The notes beneath the pieces are model-generated. The model searched no databases and was not told the origin of the DNA. It worked only from the letters and a program-made list of their open reading frames with translations. Below, in pieces: positions 1 to 7,700 of a DNA stretch of 29,395 nucleotides. This DNA comes from Deferrisomatales bacterium (GTDB lineage: Bacteria > Desulfobacterota > Deferrisomatia > Deferrisomatales > JACRMM01). Location: the NCBI GenBank assembly GCA_033551855.1, contig JAWSUI010000044.1, positions 1 to 29,395 of the forward strand, given 5' to 3'. A program made the position numbers and the translations under genes. How positions within the stretch are numbered: the first letter of the stretch is position 1; every line of letters begins with the position of its first letter.

Positions 1-120
1 CTCGTCTCGCTACCCGATCACCCGCCCCTCATCCGGCTGGGACAAATGGGGAATGAACCCGGGCCGGATGCCTCGTGAAGTTGGTGGCATTCTCACAAAG
101 AGAATCGATCCCGAACAAGC

Positions 121-1362
121 GTGGAGATGGCAACTGTGAAACCGGCCATGCCCAACAACCCCAGACCGGCGCGGCAGCAAGCTTCGACTTCTTTCTTGCT
201 GTTGCTAGCGGCGGGGCTATTCATCTTCATCCAAGCGTTCTCGTTGTTGGCCCCCATCATTCTGTCGTTACTGCTGATTCTTCTGGTTTCGCTCGCAGTC
301 AACCCTGTGATCTCCCTGCTGCGGGATTGGACGGGGGGAAGAAGAGGGGCCACCGCGCTGGTCGCGGCCGGAGTAGTGGGGGTCATGCTCTTGACCGGCT
401 GGGCGTTCTTCGGGCCGATGAGGACCTCGGTCACCAAGTTCTCGGAACGGCTGCCCGAATACTGGGAACGGCTCCAAAAGCCCCTGATCATGTTGGAGCA
501 AAAGGCGGTACGTTCCGAGGAAAAGCTCCAGGCGGAAGTCAGCGTTGAAATTGCACAGGAAGCGACAGCAGCAGGCGAGCCCCCACCCTCGAGAACACCG
601 GCTGTACCTCCTGCGCCCCAACCCAAGACGGAGCCGGGATCGCTGCGTTCCGGTTTGAGCCAGGCCTTCCAAGGACTGGCCGGCAGTTTCCGGGCAGTGA
701 CGTTCAACGCGGCGCAGATGCTGGTCGTCTTGGTGACGGTGTTCTTCGGGGTGGTATTCACCTTGATGAACCCCCGCCCGGTTTTTGGGGCGCTGTTTTC
801 CCTGGTCCCCGAGCGCCACCACGGTCGGGCCCTGACCATCATGCAACGCATAGGGAAATTCGTGCCCAACTGGGTCGGGGCGACGCTGCTCGGGATGCTG
901 ACGATCGGCCTGCTCGTCTTCCTCCTCATGTGGCCGATCTTCGGGTTCATGGACGCACTGGTGCTGGGGCTGATCGCCGGCGTCCTGGAAGCGGTGCCCT
1001 TTCTGGGCCCGCTCCTCAGCTTCGTGCCGGCACTCTTGTTCGCCGTAACAAAGGGAGGCATGACCCCACTGTGGGTAGTGCTCGCCTATTGCGCGGTCCA
1101 GGCCTTGGAAAGCAACGTGATTCTCCCTCTCATCATGTCGCGCAGCATGAAATTGCATCCGCTGGCGCTGATCTTTTCGATGCTCCTGTGTGTGGCCGCC
1201 TTCGGCGTGCTGGGGGTCTTGGTTGCAGCTCCCCTGGTCGCCATTGTGGCCATCCTGCACGACGAGCTGTACCGAAAGCGCTTTCTTCCCACGGCAACAG
1301 ATGCGGACCTGGATCGTCTGGCCCGAAAGGCACTGCACGAAAAAGTTTCCGAAGCCAAATGA
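121..1362 (+). CDS. AI-2E family (PerM/YdiK-like) transporter
   Basis: 413-aa ORF with many TM segments and AI-2E-type motifs (LAVNP, AGVLEAVPFLGP, VQALESNVILPLIM, LHPLALIFSMLL, FGVLGVLVAAPL). Start is GTG 121 or ATG 127. More A/T-ending codons than the neighbouring genes. Confidence 0.92.
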   Translation: MEMATVKPAMPNNPRPARQQASTSFLLLLAAGLFIFIQAFSLLAPIILSLLLILLVSLAVNPVISLLRDWTGGRRGATALVAAGVVGVMLLTGWAFFGPMRTSVTKFSERLPEYWERLQKPLIMLEQKAVRSEEKLQAEVSVEIAQEATAAGEPPPSRTPAVPPAPQPKTEPGSLRSGLSQAFQGLAGSFRAVTFNAAQMLVVLVTVFFGVVFTLMNPRPVFGALFSLVPERHHGRALTIMQRIGKFVPNWVGATLLGMLTIGLLVFLLMWPIFGFMDALVLGLIAGVLEAVPFLGPLLSFVPALLFAVTKGGMTPLWVVLAYCAVQALESNVILPLIMSRSMKLHPLALIFSMLLCVAAFGVLGVLVAAPLVAIVAILHDELYRKRFLPTATDADLDRLARKALHEKVSEAK

Positions 1363-1421
1363 ACCCGGGAAACAGCAGGTTGCCAGAGGCTGCGAGGCAA
1401 GTCCCCCTCACACTCCCCGGC

Positions 1422-1449
1422 TTGACACCCGCGCCCGCGCGGGTAGTGT
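1422..1449 (+). promoter_or_regulatory. Putative sigma70-type promoter for the DUF883 operon
   Basis: TTGACA (1422-1427), 16-nt spacer, TAGTGT (1444-1449), about 50 nt upstream of an AAGGAGG RBS and GTG 1501. The spacer is covered by the inverted repeat ACCCGCGC-CC-GCGCGGGT. Confidence 0.55.
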
Positions 1450-1500
1450 TCGGCCGTAGGGCTGTTGACCCCGGATGGTCGTTCGCGAAAGGAGGACACC

Positions 1501-1830
1501 GTGGCAAAGGAGGAAACCTCGGATCTGAGCCGTGAGATGGAGGCCTTGAGGGCCGACTTGGGGAAGCTGCGGGCAGATTTCGCCGGCGTAGCGGAAGCCC
1601 TGAAGGACGCGGGGCACAAGAGGGCGGATGGGGTCCGGGAGGGCTTGGCCGATCTTCTGCATTCCGTGCGGGAAGAACTGCAGAGTGCTCTGGACCACGG
1701 GAAGGACACGGGCAAGAAGTCGGTGGAGGCCGTGGGCCACCAGATCGGACAACGGCCGCTCGCGAGCCTGCTCACCGCCTTCGGCGTCGGCTTCGTCCTC
1801 GCCAAGCTCCTGGACCGGGAAAAGGCCTGA
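1501..1830 (+). CDS. DUF883 / ElaB-YqjD family membrane-anchored protein
   Basis: AAGGAGG RBS then GTG 1501; 109 aa. Helical N-terminus (EMEALRADLGKLRADF) and the typical C-terminal IGQRPLASLLTAFGVGFVLAKLL tail anchor. Confidence 0.85.
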   Translation: MAKEETSDLSREMEALRADLGKLRADFAGVAEALKDAGHKRADGVREGLADLLHSVREELQSALDHGKDTGKKSVEAVGHQIGQRPLASLLTAFGVGFVLAKLLDREKA

Positions 1831-2102
1831 AGGCTCTGGCGGCTGCGGCCATCGCGTTCCTCGACCTCCTCGAGGCCGAGGGGCGCATCCTTCGGCAGAG
1901 GGCGATGCGGCTGGGCATCGGGCTGGCGCTCGTTGCCGTGGCGACGGTCGTTGGGCTGCTCGGGCTGGGGTGCGGGGTGTGGGCCGCATACCTGTACCTT
2001 GGAGGCTGGTTCGCCCCGCCCGCGGCCGCGGCATTGGCTGGACTGGCCGCCCTGGGCGGGGCAGGAGTGCTGCTGTGGCTCGCGAGAAGACTCGTCCTCT
2101 GA
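1827..2102 (+). CDS. YqjE-like (phage-holin-like family) small membrane protein, probable CTG start
   Basis: Frame is open from CTG 1827, which overlaps the upstream stop as CTGA: (M)KALAAAAIAFLDLLEAEGRILRQRAMRLGIG... followed by two hydrophobic helices. Position after DUF883 matches yqjD-yqjE synteny. The ORF track starts only at ATG 1905. Confidence 0.7.
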   Translation: MKALAAAAIAFLDLLEAEGRILRQRAMRLGIGLALVAVATVVGLLGLGCGVWAAYLYLGGWFAPPAAAALAGLAALGGAGVLLWLARRLVL

Positions 2103-2287
2103 CACCCGACGAGGCCAAGGCGAAGCTGCTGGAGGCCGCAAGCAGGGTGGGGCCTCTGGACTTCACGCGCCGCCACCCCTGGGAAGGTGTTTCGGCGGCG
2201 TTCCTGTTGGGCTGCCTCGCAGGCAGCGAGACGGATGCCCGCGGGGCCGCCCGCGAGTCCCTGAGACTGCTGCTGAAGACCCTCTGA
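2075..2287 (+). CDS. Small YqjK-like/hypothetical protein (70 aa)
   Basis: AGGAG RBS then GTG 2075: MAREKTRPLTPDEAKAKLLEAAS...RRHPWEGVSAAFLLGCLAG. Carries a DUF883-like RHPW/hydrophobic motif and is the third gene of the yqjD-E-K-like cluster. Confidence 0.6.
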   Translation: MAREKTRPLTPDEAKAKLLEAASRVGPLDFTRRHPWEGVSAAFLLGCLAGSETDARGAARESLRLLLKTL

Positions 2288-2314
2288 GTCCTCCTCGCCT
2301 CAGCCGCGACGGCC

Positions 2315-2352
2315 GCCCGTCCCGCTTGCCCTGGGTCGGGCCTGGGACGGGC
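2315..2352. terminator. GC-rich hairpin between convergent genes
   Basis: GCCCGTCCC (2315-2323) and GGGACGGGC (2344-2352) form an inverted repeat between stop 2287 (+) and stop 2359 (-). No clear U-tract. Confidence 0.4.
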
Positions 2353-2358
2353 CATCCG

Positions 2359-2468
2359 TCACTTCAGCCTGGCCTCCACGGCGGCCCACTTTACGTTCTT
2401 CCAGAAGGCCGCGATGTAGTCGGCGCGCTTGAGGCCGTAGTCGAGCATGAAGGCGTGCTCGAAGACGT
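2359..2468 (-). pseudogene. 3' remnant of an Fe/Mn superoxide dismutase gene
   Basis: Minus-strand translation VFEHAFMLDYGLKRADYIAAFWKNVKWAAVEARLK* matches the SOD C-terminal D-x-[WF]-E-H-A-[FY]-x-x-D-Y signature and terminal helix. The upstream frame is unrelated and closes at a TGA about 20 codons further up. Confidence 0.8.
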
Positions 2469-2577
2469 GCTGCGTGGCGCACTCGCGCACTCCTCGGCTA
2501 TCTGCCTGAACTGTCTCGTCGTTCGCTCACGCGCTCCTTGCACTCCGGTCTGCTCGCGACGATTCTTTTCACAGCTC

Positions 2578-4758
2578 TCAGAAGGCCATTCCCACGCTGA
2601 AGTGGAGCACCCAGCGGTCTTCCCGGCCCCGGGGGCTGGGGTTCACGGCGAAGTCCAGGCGGGCCGGGCCCACCGGGAGCAGGTACTGGAGACCCGCGCC
2701 CACGCCGGAGCGGAAGTCGCGGAAGAAGTCGTCCAAGGTGTCGGCGATCACGTCGGAGCGGCTGTCGTAGGGCGCGTCGCGCCGCTTCAGGGATCGGTTG
2801 GGGGAGAGGTTGCCGTAGTCCCAGAAGAGGGTCCCCGCCAGGTTGCCCCGTAGGCGCTGGCGCACCTCGAGGCTCAGGACGTTGTACCCGTGCCCGCCCA
2901 GGGGGTCGCCGCCCGAGTCCGCGGGCCCGAGCTCCGACTCGCGGAAGCTGCGCACGGTGCTCTCGCCCCCGTTGAAGAAGCGCTCGCCCAGGGGCAGGGC
3001 CACCTGGCTCCCCGTGGGCAGGACGAGGCCGCCCTGGTAGCGCGCCCCCAGCACCGTGCGCCCGGTGAGGGAGGCGAACCAGCGGCTGCTGCCGGTGAAG
3101 CGCAGGTAGGTGATGTCGCTGCCCAGGTAGGTCTCGGCCGCCTCGGTGCCCAAGGTCGTCTTGCCGCCTCGGGTGGGGAAGAAGAAGTCGTCCCGGGTGT
3201 CGTGGGAGGCCTGGACCGCCAGCGACGCCAGGGCGTACCCGCTGTCCTCGTCCTCGAAGGCCGTCTCCTCGGTGGTCGTGCGGGTGAGGGAGGTGATGCG
3301 GAAGTCGTAGGAGGCAGCGGCCGAGATCGTGGGGGTGAGGGGCCGGCTCAGGGTGACCCCGACGCCCTTCTCCTCCCGGTCGAAGGAAGGCTCCCGGCGC
3401 CACCGGTAGTACACGGGGAGGTCGGCGGTGACCTGGGACCGGAGGAACCAGGGGTCGGTGAGACCCACGAGGGCGTCGCGGCTGAACACCGACACGCCCC
3501 CTTCCACGCGCCCCGACCGGCCCGTGCCGAAGAGGTTCCGCTCCCGGAGCCCCGCCCGGAAGCGGAGGTACTCGTACGACCCCCAGCCCGGCTCCAGGTA
3601 GAGCTCGAGGGAGGGCGCCTCTTCCACGTCGAGAACGAGGGTGCGGCCCTCGACCCCGTCGGCGTGCGCTGCCTCCCGGTCTTCCGCGGCGCCGTGCGGG
3701 TCATCGGGCCCGCCGGTCGCCTCGAGCCCCAGGTCGACCCGGCGAAACAGCCCCGTGCGGTAGAGGTTTCGAAACGAGGTGCGCATCTTCTCCTGGGAGT
3801 AGAGGTCGCCGGGGGCGAGCGCCAGGCGGTTGCGGAGGAAGGAGCTCCGGGTCTTGTCGTTGCCCCGCACCTCCACGGACTCCACGGCGACCCGGGGGCC
3901 GCTCGCGATCTCGGCGGCGAGGAGCCGATCGCCGGGGCCCGGTCCCGGCGTGACCGCCACCTCCGCCCGGACGTCCGGATAGCCCAGGTCCCCGTAGATC
4001 TCCAGGACGCGGCTCTGGAGGGTGAGTCGCCGACGGGGCACGTAGACCTGCCCCACGAGCTCCGCCGCCGCCCCTTTCAGGGCGCCCTCGGCCTCGGCCA
4101 GCACCTCGCCCCGAAAGGCGACGTCGCGCACGGTGTGGCGGGGCCCCTCGGCGACGCGCACCGTGGCGGTCACCTGGGACCGGTCCTCCGAGAAGGCCAG
4201 CTCCGGGCCCTCCACCTCCACCTCCAGGTACCCGCTCTGGTAGTAGAAGTCGCGAATCTCCGAGGCCGCGCTCCGGGCCCGGCTCTCGACGAAGAGGCGG
4301 CCGCCGCCGGCCAGCAACGAGCGCTCGGGCCCGAAGAAGGCCCGCAGGGTGTTGCCGTCGAAGGCGCGGTTGCCCTCGATCCGCACGCTCTGGAGGATCA
4401 CCCGCGGCCCCTCCCGGATGCGGAAGGTCAGGTGGGCGCGGCCCTCGCGCCGCTCGTACTCGTAGTCCACCTCCGCGAAGGCGTACCCCTCGTGCCGGTA
4501 GGCGAGCTCCATCTGGAAGGCGGCGTCGTCGGCGTGGTGCGCCCGCAACTCCCCCCGGCTCTCGTCGAGCTCCGCCTCGGCGGCCCGGCGGAGCGCCGAC
4601 TCCCCCAGGGCCCGGTTGCCCTCGAACCGCAGCACGGCGCCCGGCCGGGCTTCGTGCCCGGCGCCCTCTCCCGGCGGCGCTTCGGCGCCCGTCGCGGCGA
4701 CGGCCGCGAAGAGCGCCGCCGCGACGGCCAGGACGACCCTACCGGAAACGGAAGACAA
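2578..4758 (-). CDS. Omp85 family (TamA/BamA-like) outer-membrane assembly protein
   Basis: 726 aa with a signal peptide, four POTRA-like repeats (LRFEGNRAL, VRIEGNRAF, VAFRGE, VEVRGNDKT), ERNLFGTGR, ERFFNGGESTVRSF, GAGLQYLLPVGPARLDFA and a C-terminal HFSVGMAF beta-signal. Overlaps the tamB stop. Confidence 0.9.
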   Translation of the reverse strand: MSSVSGRVVLAVAAALFAAVAATGAEAPPGEGAGHEARPGAVLRFEGNRALGESALRRAAEAELDESRGELRAHHADDAAFQMELAYRHEGYAFAEVDYEYERREGRAHLTFRIREGPRVILQSVRIEGNRAFDGNTLRAFFGPERSLLAGGGRLFVESRARSAASEIRDFYYQSGYLEVEVEGPELAFSEDRSQVTATVRVAEGPRHTVRDVAFRGEVLAEAEGALKGAAAELVGQVYVPRRRLTLQSRVLEIYGDLGYPDVRAEVAVTPGPGPGDRLLAAEIASGPRVAVESVEVRGNDKTRSSFLRNRLALAPGDLYSQEKMRTSFRNLYRTGLFRRVDLGLEATGGPDDPHGAAEDREAAHADGVEGRTLVLDVEEAPSLELYLEPGWGSYEYLRFRAGLRERNLFGTGRSGRVEGGVSVFSRDALVGLTDPWFLRSQVTADLPVYYRWRREPSFDREEKGVGVTLSRPLTPTISAAASYDFRITSLTRTTTEETAFEDEDSGYALASLAVQASHDTRDDFFFPTRGGKTTLGTEAAETYLGSDITYLRFTGSSRWFASLTGRTVLGARYQGGLVLPTGSQVALPLGERFFNGGESTVRSFRESELGPADSGGDPLGGHGYNVLSLEVRQRLRGNLAGTLFWDYGNLSPNRSLKRRDAPYDSRSDVIADTLDDFFRDFRSGVGAGLQYLLPVGPARLDFAVNPSPRGREDRWVLHFSVGMAF

Positions 4759-7700
4759 TCCTCACCCCCGTGTTGAAGGCGTCGTACACGTCCCGTTCCC
4801 CCCGCAGGTAGAGGGTGTCGCCCTCCATCAGGAAGCCTTCCACCAGGCGGAACCGGGCTTCGATGGTCTCCTGCCCGGTGCGCGACACCCCCTGCCCCAG
4901 CTGCAGCTCGAAGCGGTCCGCGATCGAGTCGTCCCCGTCGCCGGGGCCGAAGAGCCCCGCGAGGAGGCCCCGGCCCAGGTACGTGGCCACGGCGAGACCG
5001 CTCTCCCGGGCCGCGCGCTCGTCCATGGCGCTGGCCGGTGGTCTGCCCGCGAGGACCAGGAGGAGGAGATCCTCGTCGGGGAGGGGCGGCACCGAAGACA
5101 GGGTCACCACCGGGGTGTCGTAAGGCCCGGAGACCTGCAGCGAGATGTCGTAGCCCAGCATCCGGGTGGAGGCGGCGGCGTCGAGGAGCGGCCGGTCCGG
5201 GTCCACCTCCAGGAAGCGCACCACGCCGGACTCCACGTCGAGCCGGCCGGTAGGCAGGCGCACCCGGATCGGGTCCAGGTAGATCTCCCCCAGGAGGATC
5301 GGGATCTCCCCTGTGCCCACCAGGCGCAGGGCCGGCCGCAGGGAACCGGTTGCCAGGTTCGTCCGGATCTCCAGGGGCGCCGCGGCGGTCACCGCGACGT
5401 CGAACCGGGCGTCGCGCAGGGGGGGCTCGGAGAACGAGAAGAGCTCGATCCCCTGGCGGGCCGAAGGTTTGCGCGACCCCCTCAGGAAGCCCAGGAAGTC
5501 CACGGGCTTGCTGTACCGGCCCTCGGTCAGGGCCACCCGGCCCGAAACCAGGAGACCCTCGGTGGGCCCCGCAACGGAGAGGTCCAGATCCGCCCGCACT
5601 CGAAGCCCCTCTTCCCGCAACAGGAGGACGTTCCGGCCCTGCATCCGGAAGTCGGCCCGGAGGCCCGTCCCGTTGCTCCCTTCGCCCCCGGGTTCCCGAA
5701 ACTGCAGGCGGCCCGTGACGGTCAGCGGCGCCCCCCCCACCCGGGCCCGCAGCTCCTCGACGGTGACCCCCGCCGGGTCCAGGCGGGCGTCGAGCTCCAG
5801 TTCCTCCAGGGGCGGCCCCCCCCCGGCGGCCCGCACCGCCCCGTCCCGCACCTGCACGACCCCCGTCGCCGAGAGCTCCGGCAGGGCGCCCTCGACTGCG
5901 AAGTCGGCCGCGGCCCGCCCCTCCAGTCGCCGCAGCCCCTCGACCCCCCGGCGGGCCCAGCCCAGCTCGGAGACGGTGAGCCGCCCCCCGGCCCTGACGT
6001 ACCCGCCGGGAGCGGCACCGCCCCGGAAGATGTCGGCGAGGGCCGGGATGCCCTCCCAGGTGCCGTCCGCTCGCAGCTCCACGACGGGGGACGAGACCTC
6101 CAGCACCTCGATGGCGGCATTGCCGTCCCGGACCGAAGCCCGGCACGCCAGCGCGAATGGGCCCGGCGGGGCGGGCGCGGTGAGGTCCGGCAGGTCCAGG
6201 TCGGAGGCCCGCACCTCCAGGCGGGCGTCGGGGACCTGCCAGGTCCCCCCCAGGGAGAGGTCCAGGTGCACCTCGCCCCGCGGGCGAAGCCCCTCCGGGA
6301 ACAGGGCGCCGAAGCTTTCGAGGGAGGGGACCCGGAGGCCCGCCCGGAGCTCCAGGGGCCCCGGGGCCAGGAACTCCTCCCCCGTGGCGTCCAGGGGCAG
6401 CGTGCCCGACGCCTCGACCCGCGTCCCCCCCTGCCCCGACCACTCGAACGCCCGCAGGGAGAGCCGCCGGCCGGCGTACCCGAGGTCGAAGGCCCCCTGC
6501 AGGGGGAAGGGGGCGCCCTCGATGCGCAGCTCTTCCAGCGCCCCCGTGACGTCCAGGAGGGGCGCCTCGCGGGTGCCCCGGAGGTGCGCGGTGAGCTGCG
6601 CGCCCCGAAACGAGACCGCCTCCCCGGCCAGGGGCGGCAGCCAGCCGCCGCTATCCAGGCCCGAGATCTCCAGCCGGAGGTCCATCTCGCCCGGGAGCGC
6701 CGACTCCCCCCCGACCCGCAGGATCCCGGGTTCCCCCCGGAGGGTCAGGCCCCGGACCTCCACCCGGTCCGGCGAGACCGTCACCCCCGCCGTCCCCTCC
6801 AGGGCCAGGTCGAGCCCCTCCGCCTGGAGACGGAGGGTGTGGAGCTCCGCCTCGATGATCGGGCCGGAAAGGTCGCCCGTCACTGTGGCGGCGAGCGCCG
6901 CCGAGCCCAGGGGCGAGGCCGCCTCGGCGGTCTCGATGTGCAGGACACCGCCCTCGGACCGGGCCTCCAGGAGGACCCGGTCGAGCTCCACCCCCTCCAG
7001 CCGCAGGTCCCGGCCGCTGGCGCTCACCCGCCCGTCGGGCCAGGGAAGCGCCCCGTGGGCCTCCGCCCGCACCTCCAAGGCTCCCGACAGGGCGGGCACG
7101 AAGGGGGCCAGCGCCTCGGCGTAGACGCTCAGGTCCGCCGCCCGAAGCTCCGCCAGCACCCCGTCCACGAGCGCGCCCGAGGGGTCGTAGACCCCGGAGA
7201 GGGCCACCCGGTCGTTCCCCCGCCTCAGGTCCAGTCCCTCCAGCGCCACCCGGCCCTCCGGGACCGCGTAGCCCACCCTCACGGGAGTGCCCCGGTCTTG
7301 GGTCAGGGTGACGCCGCGGCGGCCGATCCGGAGCTCCGCGAGCGAGGCCTCGAACGACTCACCCGCTTCCCCGATCTCGAGGGTGCCCCGCAGGGCGAGG
7401 CTGCCCTCGGAGGTCTCGGCCTCGAGGGAGCGGACCTCCACGGCAGGCCCCGAAGCCTCGGCGGAGACGACCCCCTTCGAGATGTCCACGCCCGCGACGC
7501 GTGCGTCCCGCAGGGCCAGATCGACCACGCCCTCGGGCCGCAGCGGCGAGCCGCGGAGCCGGGCCGCCGCCGAAAAAGAGCCACGGCTCTCGTCCCAGGG
7601 CGCGGGCAGGAGCCCCGCGTACCGGCTGAGATCTGCCACCACGGCCTCGAGGACGACCCCCTCGAGCTCCAAGGGGTCCAGAGCGACACCCCCGCGCGCT

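Noticed and set aside
1..78. Possible 3' end of an upstream CDS (LVSLPDHPPLIRLGQMGNEPGPDAS*)
   Set aside because: Only 25 codons with no recognisable motif; cannot be supported from this window.
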